Positions 24,775 through 38,519 of a DNA stretch of 64,000 nt are shown in pieces; positions within the stretch are counted from its first letter, which is position 1; each line of letters begins with the position of its first letter. The translations under genes and the position numbers were made by a program. The stretch covers positions 90,150,001 through 90,214,000 of the forward strand of contig NC_058368.1 in NCBI RefSeq assembly GCF_018350175.1, in the 5' to 3' direction. The notes under the pieces were generated by a model. That model was given only the letters and a program-made list of their open reading frames with translations, was not told the DNA's origin and did no database searches. The DNA comes from Felis catus. Lineage: Eukaryota.

Positions 24775-24998
24775 TTTTTTTTTTAATTTTTTTTTCAACG
24801 TTTATTTATTTTTGGGACAGAGAGAGACAGAGCATGAACGGGGGAGGGGCAGAGAGAGAGGGAGACACAGAATCGGAAACAGGCTCCAGGCTCTGAGCCA
24901 TCAGCCCAGAGCCTGACGCGGGGCTCGAACTCACGGACCATGAGATCGTGACCTGGCTGAAGTCGGACACTTAACCGACTGCGCCACCCAGGCGCCCC
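24775..24998 (-). mobile_element. Young SINEC_Fc-type Can-SINE
   Basis: CpGs intact; perfect 15-bp TSD ggcccctacatttta (24760-24774 and 25000-25014). Confidence 0.95.
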
Positions 24999-26084
24999 AG
25001 GCCCCTACATTTTAAAAGAAATTAGAACATTTCCCTGAGTCCCTGGAAATATTGATGGCCCCAGACACTGTGCCTAGGGGTGATTTTGCTTCGCCAGGCT
25101 GGGGCCATGGGCTCCCCTTGAACCTAGGGAGGCAGGGCTCACCCAAAGTACATGAGCCAAGAGTGAGAGTGAAAGTTCCACAAAGAAAATTCAAGGGTCT
25201 CTCACCAGAGGTCATATATAAAGAGGTCCCTGCAGGCAAACCAGAGATGAGCCAAGGCTGGGCACAGCTGAAGAGCTTGCGATCCTTCTTGGATCCACAC
25301 TTCTGGTGCCAGGCCTGACGTGAGCTGGGGTAGTGGTGCAAGGAACAAGAGCAGGGGTGAAAATATGGGGGGAAATTTAGCTTGAGCTCCAGCCTTGAGG
25401 GGTTCACAGGAAGGACCTCTTTCTCTGGAAATCTGTGCATGCGAGTAAAACCCAAAGGCCTTTTCTGAAAATGCTGGCTGGACCACAGACCTGGGGCTAG
25501 ATTCACTGATTGTTTCTTTCAGTCAACAGTCACTGAATGTCAAAACCTTCCATTAATTGGGAGGCACAAATAGGGTCTGCAGGCTGCACTGTGCTTTGAC
25601 CCAGGAGAAGGGGGACTCTCCCTGTTTCAGTCTGTATAGTTTCCTTAAACTTTGAATCCATTGCCTTACCTCTGTGTTCCTTCACCCTGTCCTCTTTATA
25701 TAAAAGTGGTCATAAGTATTATGTCTACAGACATCACAAGACCAATCACACAACGTCATAATTTCCTCTTTCAATGATCATCCAGACTAGAAAAAATAGT
25801 CTAGTATATTTACCCAGTTAGCATTTCTGTTGTTCTTCCCTCATTCCGTAAGTCCCATGTATGCCTCTGGTAGCCTTTCTCTTCTACCTGAAGGACTTCC
25901 TTTAGCATTTCTTTGATTGCAGTTCTACCAGTGACAAATCTCAGTTTCGCGAGACAAATCTTTATTTTACCATCATTCCTAAAGGGCATTTTCACTGGAT
26001 ATAGAATTCCAGATTGACAAGTATTTCCCTTGAGTGCTTTAAGGTGTTGCTCCACTGTCTTCTGGCTTCCATGGTTTCTTTTCT

Positions 26085-26110
26085 TCTTTTAAGTTTATTT
26101 ATTTATTTTT

Positions 26111-26142
<32 letters not shown>

Positions 26143-26303
26143 CAGAGACCGAATGGGGGAAGGGAAGAGAGAAGGAGAGACAGAATCCCAAGCAGGCTCC
26201 CTGCCATCAGCACAGAGCCCAGTGCGGGGCTCAAACTCACAAACCTGAGCCCAGCCAAGATCAAGAGATGGACACTTAACCAACTGAACCACACAGGTGC
26301 CCC
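26085..26303 (-). mobile_element. Can-SINE
   Basis: Head on minus strand; (GAGACA)n tract. Confidence 0.85.
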
Positions 26304-26526
26304 AAGTTCATCATTTTTAGATTCCATGTATGGTTTGTGTGTATCATATGATTTTTTGCTTTCTCTGTCTGACTTATTTCACTACGCACAATGTCTTCAA
26401 GGTCCATCCATTTTGTCAAAAAAAAAAAAAAGCAAGATTTCCTTTTTTATGGCTGAATAGTGCTCTATTCTAGATAGATAGATAGATAGATAGATGATAG
26501 ATAGATAGATAGATAAATAGATAGAT

Positions 26527-26564
<38 letters not shown>

Positions 26565-26779
26565 CAGATAGAGCTAGAGATAGATATAGATATATCACAT
26601 TTTCTTTACCCATTCATCTTTTGATGGACATGTTGGTTGCTTCCATGTCTTGGCTATTGTGAATAATGTTGCAATGAACATGGTGGGGGGCAATGCAGAT
26701 ATCTCTTCAAGATACTGATTCCATTTCCTTCAGATGTATACTCAGAAATGGGATACCTGGATCATTTCTGGTAGCTCTA

Positions 26780-26970
26780 TTTTATCTATCTATCTATCTA
26801 TCTATCTATAGGGTGTGAGTAGGGAAGCAACAGAGGGAGGTGGGGGGAGAAGATCTCTCTGTGCTGAGCATGGAGTCTGACACTGGGTTTGATCTCATGT
26901 ACTGTGAGATATTGATCTGAGCCAAAATCAAGAGTTGGACGCTCAACCAACTGAGCCACCCAGGTGACCC
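26780..26970 (-). mobile_element. Can-SINE
   Basis: Head ctgagccacccaggtgaccc; (TATC)n tail. Confidence 0.8.
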
Positions 26971-28159
26971 TCTGCCCCTCTTTTAAAATTTAATTGCATT
27001 TTTTGAAGAACTTCCATACTGTTTTCCACAGTGGCTGTACTAATTCATAGTCCCAGCAGCAGTGCTCCATATCCTCACCCATATTTATCTCTTTCCTTTT
27101 TTCACAATAGCCACAATTATAGGTGTGAGTTGATATCCCTTTGTGGTTTGGTTTCCATTTCCCTAATGATTGAATGTTGAGCACATTTTCATGTACCTGT
27201 GGGCCATTTGTATGTCTTTGGGAAAATGTCCATTCAGGTCCTCTGCCCAGTTTTAAATTTGAGTATTTGGGGTTCTTTTCTTTTGGTGTTTGTTTTTTTG
27301 TTCTTGAATTATATGAGTTCCTCATATATTTTGGATATTAATCCCTTATTAGATGTATGTTTTGCAAATATCTTCTTCCATTCCATAGGATGTGTTCATT
27401 TGTTGATTGTTTCTTTTGCTGTGCAGAAGCTTTTAGTTTGATGTAGTCCTACTTACTTATTTTTGCTTTTGTTGCTTGTACTTTTGGTGTCGTATCAAAA
27501 ATATTGCTTCAAAGACCAATGTCAAGAAGCTTTTTCCCTATGTATTCTCCTAGGATATACATAGTTTCGGGTCTTGTATCTGGGTCTTTAATCCATTTCA
27601 AGTTAATTTTTATAAATTGTACAAGGGTCCAATTTCATTCTTTTGCATATGAATAATCAGTTTGCCCAACATTTATGGAAGAGTTTATCCTTCCCCATTG
27701 AATATTCTTGGTTACCTTATCAAATATTAGTTGACCATATGTGAGGGAATTTGTTTTTGGATTCTTGATTCTGTTCCACTGATTTACATGTCTGCTTTTA
27801 TGCCACTACTGTGTTGTTTTGATCACTATAGCTTTGTAATATAGTTTGAAATCAGGAAGTATGATGCCTCCAGTTTTGTTCTTTCTCAGAATTGCTTTGG
27901 CTATTCAGGGTCTTTTGGGTTCCACACAAATTTTAGGACTGTTTTCCTGTTTCTGTGAAAAATGCCATTGGAATTTTGATAGGGTTTACATTGAATCTAT
28001 AGATGGCTTTGGGTAGTATGGACATTTTAACAATGTTAGCTCTTAGTACAGACATTTTAACAATGTCAGCTCTTCCAGTCCATTAACACAGCATTCAAGA
28101 TTTACTCCCTGTCTTTAGTTTTCCATCAGCTTGATTATGATGTGTTTGAGCAGAGAGGG

Positions 28160-28360
28160 TTTTTTTAATGTTTATTTATTTTTGAGAAAGAGAGAGAGAC
28201 AGAATGTGAGTGGGGAAGAGGCAGAAAGAAGGGACACAGAATCTGAGGTAGGCTCCAGGCTCTGAGCTGTCAGCAGAAAGTCCAACACGGGGGTCTAACT
28301 ATGAGATCATAATCTGGGCTGAAGTTGGACGCTTAACTGACTGAGCCACCTAGGCGTCCC
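28160..28360 (-). mobile_element. Can-SINE
   Basis: Head on minus strand. Confidence 0.88.
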
Positions 28361-28677
28361 TGAGCGTAGTTTTCTTTGAGTTTATCCTACTGCTATTTGC
28401 CGTAAATGTTGTCTTTCATCAAATTTGGGAAATTTTCAGCCAAATTTTCTTTAATTTTTTTTCTGTATGAATCACTTTCTCCTCTCTTTCTGAGACTTCA
28501 ATAGCATGAATCATGAACCTTTTGCTATTGTCCCATGATCCTTGAGGATTCTTTTTTTTCTTCACGTTCTGTTTCTGTATATTTTTCAAATTGAATCATT
28601 TCTTGATGGTTTACCATGAAGTCCACTATTTCCTATGTCATATCCATTTTGGCACATATCCCATTCAGTGAATTTTT

Positions 28678-28915
28678 TTATTTCTTATTTTTTTAAATTT
28701 ACATCCAAATTAGTTAGCATATAGTGAAACAACTATTTCAGGAGTAGATTCCTTAATGCCCCTTACCCATTTAGCCCATCCCCCCCCCCTCCCACAACCC
28801 CTCCAGCAACTCTCAGTTTGTTCTCCATATTTATGAGTCTCTTCTGTTTTGTCCTCTTCCCTGTTTTTATATTATTTTTGTTTCCCTTCCCTTACATTCA
28901 TCTGTTTTGTCTCTA
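28678..28915 (-). mobile_element. Short 5'-truncated feline-type L1 3' end
   Basis: Perfect 17-bp TSD ccattcagtgaattttt (28661-28677 and 28916-28932). Confidence 0.85.
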
Positions 28916-29360
28916 CCATTCAGTGAATTTTTAACTCAGATACTGTAATTTTTTGGTTCTGAAATTCCCATTTGTCTGTTTCCATTTCTCTGTTGAGAAT
29001 ATCCATCTTTCCAATTTTTTCTTCCAAATATGTTTACCTTTCCCTCCTGGAGCATAGTTCTAATAGCTGCTTCAACATATGGGTTATCAGGAGGTTGGCA
29101 TCTTTTGTGGGTTGTCTTTTTACTTGAGAATTGGTCACATTTTCCTTGTTATTGGTACTTGAACTAATTTTGGGTTGTATTCTGGATGTTTTGAATACCA
29201 TATTGTGAGATTCCAGGTACTATTAAAATCCTTTGGAGGATGAATTTTGTTGTGTTGGTTTTAGCAGTCAAGCAATCCTGGTTAGGTTCAGACCACACGT
29301 TCTGTCTTCTCTTCTGTCATTGGTAGATCCAATGTCATCTTAGTTTTCAAAGGTTTTGCT

Positions 29361-30193
29361 TGGTGGGGATGTAAAATGGTACAATGCTCTGGAAAATAGC
29401 TTAACAGTTTTTTATAAAAGTAAATATGCACTAACCATATGACCCAGCCATTGCACTCTTGGGCATTTATCTCAGAGAAATGAAAACAATGTTCACACAA
29501 AAACTTTTACATGAATGTTCATAGCAGATTTACTTATTTACTTACTTATATATGTATGTATGCATGTATGTATTTACTTTTTAAGTTTATTTATCTATTC
29601 ATTTATTTATTGAGAGTGAGAGAGACAAGAGCATGAGCAGGGGAGGGACAGAGAGAGAGAGGGAGACAGCAAATCCCAAGCAGGCTCCACACTGTTATCC
29701 CAGAGCCCAACAAGAGGCTTGATCCCACGAACCATGAGATTATGACCTGAGCCAAAATCAAGAGCCAGAAGCTTAACCAACTGATGCACCCAGGCACCCC
29801 CATAGCAACTTAATTTATAATAGCCCAAACTGGAAACAATTCAAATTCCTTTCCTAGGGTAAATTATTAAAATGAACTCTGGTGCAACCATACAATAGAA
29901 TATTACTCAATGAGGAATAAGCTATTGATACGTGTCACAACTTGGATGGATCTCATAGGAATTACACTTAGTGGAAAAAGCCAATCTTGGAAGGCTATAT
30001 ATTGTATGATTCAATTTATATGGCATTCTTGAAATGACAGAACTACAGAAAAGGGAACAGTGTTCGTTGTTGCCAGAGGATACAAATATGAAGGGACAGC
30101 AGGAGAGGGTCTATTTGCAGAGATGGAGCCATTCTGTGTCTTCATTGTGCTGTTGATTCCACAAATCTATATATAAGATAAAATTGCATAGAA

Positions 30194-30231
<38 letters not shown>

Positions 30232-30402
30232 GTGCATGTAAAAACTGGTGAAATCTGCATAAGGCCTATGTTGTGCCAATGTCAGTTTCCTGGTTTTGAT
30301 ATTACACTACAATTATTTACGATGTCATCATTGGGGGAGCTGGGTGAAGGGTACAGTCCTATGAATCTGTAATTATTTCAAAATAAAAGCTTTTAAAAAA
30401 AA
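29361..30402 (+). mobile_element. L1M 3' end (L1MC-like) with internal (CA)n
   Basis: gatgtaaaatggtaca...ccatatgacccagccattgcactcttgggcatttatc. Confidence 0.8.
29575..29800 (-). mobile_element. Can-SINE
   Basis: Head on minus strand; TSD-like catagca. Confidence 0.88.
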
Positions 30403-31081
30403 CTTAGCCATGCTGCTTTGGATCTGTTCTGCGCAGCTTGGAGGTGAGCCTGGGGATTTGTGTTGGCTTACCCACAGAATTAGGAATTCCTCCTCCGACT
30501 CTCTTCTCTCTGGGATTCACCCCACCTTCTCTGGCTCGCATGGGCTTCCTCTTAGATCTGTAGGTGTTCGTGCTGCTGGTACCAGAGTGTAGGTCTGCAG
30601 CTGGGGCTGTCCTCAGGACAGGGGCAGGAGAGAAAAAAAAAGATTAAATAAAGTGAGCTCAAGAATTTCTCCCCCTCCCCCATGCTTCATCTTGCAAAGA
30701 CCCCAGTCCCAGTCCTCTGGCTAGAGAGTTGGTTTCTCTGCACATTCTACCCTGGAGTTGACCTCCATTCAAAACTGGGGGACCAGAGAGAAAAAGAGAA
30801 ACTGGGAATCTCACCCTCACGATGGGTCATTCTTCAAGTTTTGACTCTTCTCTTCAACCTTCCTGCCACTGTTAGCATGTCAGAGTTATGTATTTACTTT
30901 GTCTTGAGTTTTTAGTTGTAATCAGTGGGATAGATAGACTGTAGTGGTCTTCATCTTAACCAGCATCAGAACCCAGAAATACAACTTTCAACATTTCCAA
31001 GTGCCATGTGAGAGCAATATTAATCCCTTCATTTTAAAGATAAAGAAGTTGAGGCTTAAGGAGGTATAGCCACCTGCCCTG

Positions 31082-31210
31082 GAGAGGTGCCTGGGGGCTC
31101 AGTCAGTTAAGCATCTGATTCTTGACTTTAGCTCAGGTCATGATCTTATGGTTTGTGGGATAGAGCCCCATGTCTGGCTCTGTACTGTCAGCGTGGAGCC
31201 TGCTTGGGAT

Positions 31211-31241
<31 letters not shown>

Positions 31242-31288
31242 GTCTCTCTCTCTCTCTCAAAATAAATAAATAAACATTTTTAAAAATT
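31082..31288 (+). mobile_element. Can-SINE
   Basis: Head, CT tract and tail. Confidence 0.85.
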
Positions 31289-32123
31289 ACCTTATGGAAT
31301 AGGCATATGGAATGGAGTTTGCAGGACAGGGCAAAAAGGAAGCAGGAAGTGGAAGGACAGAGTCGTAGGGAAAGAGAGGACAAAAGGGAAGAGAAACAGA
31401 AGAAGAGGCAGAGAAGGAGAGAGTAGGGAAGTCGAGGTGGTCTCTTGCACATGGGTCAGAGCAGCATCAAACAGCAGCAGCTCTGTACTGAGAGTACCTA
31501 CACACAACTCACCCCCCTTTACATGTATCCCTTTCCTCCATGAAGTTAGTGCAAGCAAAGCTCCAGCCTAAGCAATGATGTAATCCTAGCTCCCTTTCCG
31601 TCAGGGCTCAGACTTAACCCAATGAGCCTTGGCATTTCCTTGTTGACCTTATTTGTCCAGGGGTAACTGGGCAGGTCACCACAATTGGCTGAAGATGAGG
31701 ATTTTTATTCTACAGTTGAGGGAACGCATTCTGTCTCCCCACCCAACAGGAACAAGGAAATATGTTGTTCCAGTTACTGCTGGCATCCTTCAGCAGCTGT
31801 GAGAGATGACAGCCTGGGGATAAAGCCCACACAGGATAGCCTGCCTGGCACCTCCTTTTCCTCCAGATTTCCTTCTCAAGTGAGCCAGTTTAAGTGAAGG
31901 CTTTTGTTACTTGCAGCCCAAAGCATCCTAAGTGACCCCTCTCAGGCTGAGCTTCTCTTGGATGTGTTCCAGGAGCCACTGTCCCTAGGTTGGTGCCAGA
32001 GAACTACCTAACAAGAGCAAGCCTACCTCTGGTCATAGGTAAGGATCCCAAGTGTATCAGTTATTGTCCCTGCCCAGATCTATGTCCTGTAAGCTTGTAA
32101 GTGCATCCTTGGATAACCCCTCT

Positions 32124-32125
<2 letters not shown>

Positions 32126-32166
<41 letters not shown>
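32126..32166. repeat. (TG)n microsatellite
   Basis: Perfect run at the edge of an LTR. Confidence 0.95.
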
Positions 32167-32168
<2 letters not shown>

Positions 32169-32963
32169 CACACCAATAACCAATTCTTCAACTCTCTAGA
32201 CACCAACTCTGACATCAACTGGGTGTCCTATAATCCAATCCAATTCTGACACTAACTACCTGGAGTTAGCATCAGGCTCCACAGGTCACAGGCTCCACAG
32301 GCTCAGTCACACAAGACTGTCCCCACTTCAGATGCCAGAGTCTAAAGTATCAGGTTCCCAGCTCACCTGTGCTTCAGGTCGACTTAGCTACAAAGTCAGG
32401 CATTCCCACAACATCCCTCTTTAAGGCTTAATATTTTGCTAGAATGATTCATAGGACTGGGAAAATACTTCACTTATTATTACCAGTTTGTTATAAAGGA
32501 TACATCCAGGAATGGCCAAATGGGAAAGAAATGCATAGAACAAGATATGGGGAAGTTGTGGAACTTCCATGCCCTCTCCAGGTGCACTACCCCTTCTAAC
32601 ACATCGAAGTGCTCACCCACCTGGGAGCTCTCAAAATTCTGTTGCTTAGGAATTTAATGGAGTTCCAGCACATAAGCATGACTGATAAAATCATTTGGCT
32701 ATTGGTGATTAAGTCAGTCTCCTCCTTGGAGGTTTGGAGGCTGGGGCCAAAAGTTCTAACCCTCTAATCATGCCTTGGTCTTTCTGGCAACCAGCCCCCA
32801 TTCTGAAGCTGTCTAGCCACCAACCCCCCAACCCCACCCCAGCCATCTCACCTCCTTAGCATCCAAAAGACACTCTACCACTCTGCAGATGCCAATGGTT
32901 TTAGGAGCTGTGTGCCGGGAACCAGGGACAAAGACCAAATACTTTTTGTTTTATTATGCCACA
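32165..32963 (-). mobile_element. ERV LTR (MER21-like)
   Basis: caattctgacactaactacctggagttagc...ggagctgtgtgccgggaaccagggacaaagaccaaata...tgccaca. Confidence 0.8.
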
Positions 32964-34044
32964 TCTTCATTCTCAGTTCACAAGGTTGGATCAAGTAGAC
33001 TCCCTCTGCCTCCAGGGGTGAGCATGTGGTAAGGTCTGGCCAGTCAGAGCATTTTATCCACTTGGTCACAGTGGTTGGCTTAGTGCTGAACTCATGACAT
33101 GAGGCAAATGAATGGGACTCAGAATACGGATTGGAAAGTCCACTGATAAAGAAAAGGACTTTCTTACTGTGCCCTTTTGGGACTCTGAAAGAATAGAACG
33201 TAACCCCCCACCCCAGATCCTGGGGATTATCTTGCATCCATATGGGGAGAGCCCACCTGAGAACGAACCAAGGCAACAGAGAACAAGGTCAAGAGGGGGT
33301 CAGAGGAATTCCAACTCTGATTATCACTTGACCTCCTAGATTCACTTGTGCTTAAGGTTAGACTAAACCCTGGACTTTTCATAAGTGACCAAATACAAAC
33401 TTCTCTTCCACGTTGAGTTGGATTTCTGATAATTGCCACTAACATGGTCCCAATTAGTATATACTGCCCAGTGACTACAGGGCCACCAACCTGCTGCAGG
33501 GCCCTCCTCAACTTCCCTTTTCACTCACCCCAAATCCCAAACTCCTTCATCCTTAGAGTTGCATCCCCTCAGTCAGGAGGAGCTCCCTTCTCTAGGCAAG
33601 GCTTAATTTAGGAATCTTTTAAAATGAACTGTATGGGGGATGTTTCAGGATGCCAAGACACACAGTACCCAGGAATAAAGTTTTTCTGTGCCCCCTCTTT
33701 TCTCTCTCTCTCTCTCCCTCTCTCTATACCAGTTAGGGCTGCATTCAGATGCAAATAATGGGAAATCTTTCACACAGTGGTTTAAACAAAGAAGTGCAGA
33801 AGAATGCAGAGGGTACACACCCATGCTCCTACACCCTTGCTTCTCCAACCACCCTTGGTGTGTGGCTTCAATGCTTATGACCCTGTGTGGGCAGGAGGAA
33901 GGGGAAGATGTGGCAACAGCAGACCCTCCATCCCAGCACCCTAGACAGAAAGTCATCCTAGGTGGAATGTGACTTGAGGGTGGAGATATTTGATTATTTG
34001 CTTAGGTATTCCAAGTACTTAGAACTGCTGCTCAATAAACATAC

Positions 34045-34245
34045 TGAATGAATGAATGAGTGAGTGGATGGATGAGTGGATGGGTGGATGGATGGATGGA
34101 TGGATGGATGGATAGGTGGGTGGGTGGGTGGGTGAGTGTGCGGATGGACGGGTGGACGGGTGGATGGATGGATGGATGTGTGGATGGATGGATGGATGGA
34201 TGGATGGATAGGTGGATGGTGGGTGGATGGGTGAGTGGATGGATG
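34045..34245. repeat. (TGGA)n/(TGGG)n simple repeat, probably grown from an L2 (TGAA)n tail
   Basis: Preceded by ctcaataaacatactgaatgaatgaatga. Confidence 0.9.
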
Positions 34246-35382
34246 CTCGTATGGGAAAATTGAGTTTTTATCTCCTTATAGCCCCTACCATGGGATCAGG
34301 CAAAGGAGAAGGCTCTGGAATGGTCACCAAGTGATCCCTCACATCATCTGCCCCCATTCCCCACCCTGGCACACAGTATCCTGGCATTCATCGTGGGCCT
34401 TCATCCCCCACAGGTGAGATCTCTTGTAAGATTTTTTTTTTCATATATCTGGGCAGGTCTGGCTGCCTCCACCCCAATTTTTTTAGGGGATTCTTACCCA
34501 CCACAATGTATATGCTTCACTGGGGAGATGTGTTCCCCACTTTTTGTAACTTCTCCTGGGGCAAAAATGAGACCCAACCGTGACTCCAGTGGGGGTAATG
34601 GGCTGGCCTCCTCTGCTCTCAGTAAGAACAAGCTGGCACAATTTTTGAACAAGAAATATTGCCATCATTCATATCCCATTATGCTGTAATAATGTGAGAT
34701 TTCTCTTTAGCAACAGTGCACACAGTCAATATATCCATTTATATCCATTCCTCCCCCCCCCACCAAGGGATGGGGATAGAATCATTAAATGTACAGAGGG
34801 TATCAGGCCTGTAAAGGAGAATTTGACTGAGGGTCACCAGGAGCCATCACCCCCAATTCTACTAGCCTGACACCCCATGATACCCCAGTCTCCCTACCCT
34901 TGGCTCTACCTGCCACAATCCTACTACCTCAAATAAGCTCCTCAGTGGTCTCCTGATGGATCACCAGAGAAAGCTCTTTTATAATTGCAAAAAGAACAAC
35001 ACATTTTTGAAACTAGGGGACAAAAAAAGCGGAAGGTAAAAACAGTCACCCATAATCCTCCCAAATAAACCAAACTCTTTTCATTTTGCTAGTTCCCTGC
35101 TTGGCCTTGTTCACATATGTGGACTTGTTTTACAGAGTGACAGCCAGAGATTTATTTTCTATTCTGCGTCTGCACTCAGCAGTACATCATAAGTGTTCCT
35201 CACACTGCTCCAGTTTGTTTGATGTATTAATAGCTTCATAATCATCCTCAAATTTGTTGTACCATAATTTGCTTAACAAATAAATGAGTTTATTTCCAAC
35301 TCTGTAGCTAATGCTGCAATAAACATCCTTGTGCACATAGCTCATTTTATTTTATTTTCCTTGTTTGGAATGTTGGGTTTGT

Positions 35383-35579
35383 AAAAATTTTTTAAGTTTA
35401 TTTATTTGGGGGGGGGGGCAGGAGGGGTACACAGAGAGAAGGAGAGAGAGAATCCCAAGCAAGCTCCACACTGTCAGCACAGAGCCTGATGCAGGGCTTG
35501 AACTCATGAACCGTGAGATCATGACCTGAGCCAAAACCAAGAGGTGCATGCTTAACCAACTGAGCCACCCAGGTACCCC
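35383..35579 (-). mobile_element. Can-SINE
   Basis: TSD gaatgttgg. Confidence 0.88.
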
Positions 35580-36659
35580 TAGAATGTTGGTTTAAAAGAG
35601 CATGAAGGCTGGTGTCAGCTTTGGGCTGGCAGTTTGTATTGCCTTCTCCACTTGAATCCCTAGTCTTCTGACCATAGAAAAACTGCCAAGCCTCTGCTGT
35701 CAGTCTCTAGGCTGGCCACAAATGAACTGGAAGCAGCATGGTCCCCTTGCTGGATGACATGTCTGAACAGAGAGATTTGGAATCTCACCTCTATTTGTGA
35801 AAGAAACAAGCAGGGTTCACCTGGCAGGTGGGGGGATCAGGCAGCCTGTCAGTTTCCCTGCAACAGATAGGGCCACCTCTGCCTCTTGTGCTCACCAGGC
35901 TATGTCAGCTGTTGGGTGCTATCCTCCTCCCTGGATGTTCCCAGGGCAGGCAGACAGTCAAGGTGCCCTGTGTTTCTAGCATCAACATATGGGCACCTGA
36001 CTCAAACTAGACAGGTCAGATGCTTTCTTCCCGGAGGAAAGCCACACTGATTCAGCCTAACAGCCAAGCCCTGATGAAGACACTCCTCAGTTCCAGCTGC
36101 CCAGATCCCCAGAACCTTCTGGGTGCTATTCTTTCTGAGCCCAGCCCTGTCACCTTGTCTTCACCCTGCAGGGAAGACTCACCTTCCGGAAGAGTCTCTT
36201 TCTGTACTCGTCTCTCCTGCCTATGAGCAGAGAGCCCTCCCAGACACACCCAGGCCCCCTGGCAGAGGGGTCTGGAGACCCAAGGGACTACTGCTCCAGG
36301 CCAGCCTGAGGGTCAGACACGTGGTCCTGCCTGCCCAGGCCATCTCAGCCCAGACGGCGTCTCCTCTCTCGGCTTCTGGCTCAGTAATTCATCACTCTGA
36401 CCAAACAAAAACTGACAAAGGACGAAGTGATGCCTTCGATCCTGCTAAAAGGCAGCCACCCCAGCAGCCTGTGCCCACTCAGCACTGGCCCCAAGTACCA
36501 CCCGAATTCCTGGACAGAGACTTTGGCTTCCCAGGCTGGCTAGGTACCAGGAAGTTGAGACGTCGTCTGAATCCTGAGCCTGGTGCCAACAGGCAGGAGG
36601 GAAATGAGTGAGGGGCCTGAGGCCAGGGGGGCTGGGTTTCCATCCCAGCACCACCCCTC

Positions 36660-36782
36660 ACTCCTCATTAGCTGGAACAAGTTCACTGGGCAAAGAGTTC
36701 ACTTCTCTGAATTTCACTTTCCTCACCTGCAAAATGGGTGCAATAGTCCCTATTCCTGGGGGTCCTCAGGGAGAATTAAATG
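36660..36782. mobile_element. MIR fragment
   Basis: cacttctctgaatttcactttcctcacctgcaaaatggg. Confidence 0.65.
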
Positions 36783-37379
36783 CCAGCTTCTGGACCATGA
36801 CCAAACCTGAGCTGGTTTGTCTCTCATTGTGCCTCTCTCGATGGGGATTTTCACAGTACCGCCTTGGTGGACCCCAGGCTCACTCTCACCTAGGTGGCCC
36901 CAGGCTGGGCCAGAACCACAGGCCTGCGCTCCCCATGCCCCTGCCACTACTTCCCTAAGGCCACACCACCAGGAAAAGGGGGGAGGACGTCTGTTTCCTT
37001 CCTCTAGTGGACCTAGAGTGGAGAGCAGCCTGGCCCCAGTATATTTTCAAGGTTCCCAGTATATTAAAAATGAGGAAAGTTGCAGTAATTTGGATGTAAT
37101 TTAAATGCCACACACAAAAAATCATGATACAATACTTGTTATTGACAAGATAATTGCAGTACTCAATACATTTTCCGGTAGATCACTAGCGGTGCAGTGT
37201 GTGTGGGACACACACTCAAAGTCGCCAGACAGCCATCTACTTCTTGTAATCTTCTGAAGCTGGGGCTGTACCCTCAAAGTCTGAGTTTCTAGAAAAAAAA
37301 AAAAAACATAACCAAACACAATGCAGAACAACCTTCACCGGATCCCATTAAAAACAAAAACAAAAACAAAAACAAAAAT

Positions 37380-37575
37380 GGGGAGTGCCTGGGTGGCTCA
37401 GTAGGTTATGTGTCCAACTCTTGATTTCGGCTCAGGTCATGACCTCATGGTTCGTGAGATTGAGCCCCGCATTGGGCTCTGTGCTGACAGCTCAGAGCCT
37501 GCTTGGGATTCTCTCCACCCTTCCCCTGCCTCTCTCCCTCTCAAAATAAATAAATAAACTTTAAAAAATTTTAAA
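37380..37575 (+). mobile_element. Can-SINE
   Basis: Head, CT tract and tail. Confidence 0.88.
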
Positions 37576-37842
37576 AACAATTTTAAGTAGGGACCAGGGG
37601 ACATTTTTAGATGTTTGGGAATATTTGAATAGGGTAGGATATGGGATTGTTTCACAGAATTACTCTCTATTGACTTTTTCGTCATGATACAGGAGAACAG
37701 CCCAAAGGGTCATCAAATGGTTCCCCCCCAAAAATCCTTAAAATTAACGCAATAGACAAGTAAAGGATTCATGACCAAGTGTTAACCACGATTCAACTCA
37801 AGTGGTGGGGTGCAAGTGCTCATTGTGCCATTCCTTCAACTT

Positions 37843-38068
37843 TTTCTTTTTTATTTTAATTTTTTCAATGTTTTTTTAATTTTATTTTTGAAAGTCAGAG
37901 TGCAAACCAGGGAGGGGCAGAGAGAGAGGAAGACACAGAATCCAAAGCAGGCTCCAGGCTCTGAGCTGCCAACACAGAGCCTGACATGGGGCTCGAACCC
38001 ACAAACCGGAAGATCATGACCTCAGCCAAAGTTGGACGCTTAACCAACTGAGCCACCCAGGCGCCCCC
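37843..38068 (-). mobile_element. Can-SINE
   Basis: TSD caactttttctt. Confidence 0.9.
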
Positions 38069-38519
38069 AACTTTTTCTTATACTCAGTTTTCTGTTAAGA
38101 AAGATGAAAAGTTTGAACTGCCAATTCAATGTTTTGTACATTTTTCTACATAAGATGCTGTTATGCTGTGTCCCTGCTGGCAGTGGGTCACCTGGTGCCT
38201 GAGTTTGCAAGATGCTGGCCAGCCTGGGCATCCACGCATTCAGGACGGCTGGCTCTGGATGATGCCTGGCTGGGGTGGGGAGTGCACGGCAGTCTTCACC
38301 CAGGCCACAGGTTCCTGTGCTTCCACTAACAATAACAGGGAAAGGGGGGAGGGATGGTGGTAGCTACCGCTTCCAGGACCCCACCACCCAATTTGCATGT
38401 CAGAGCTAATGAGGGAGAGGTCACTAGGTCCACTTCACAGAGGAAAACTTACCCCAGAGGGGACAGGGGCTTGGAGCAGTCACACACTTAACATGTGTCC
38501 AAGCAGGGACTTGAGCCAG

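Larger units (their letters stand above)
25700..29350 (-). mobile_element. Nested L1 fragments (old L1M 5' region with a younger L1 3' part at ~26300-28090)
   Basis: Minus-strand remnants GILYPVKMPFRN and LVQPLWKTVW; (GATA)n at ~26470-26590. Confidence 0.8.

Noticed and set aside
34060..34263. ORF with (WMDG)n repeats
   Set aside because: Translation of the (TGGA)n simple repeat.
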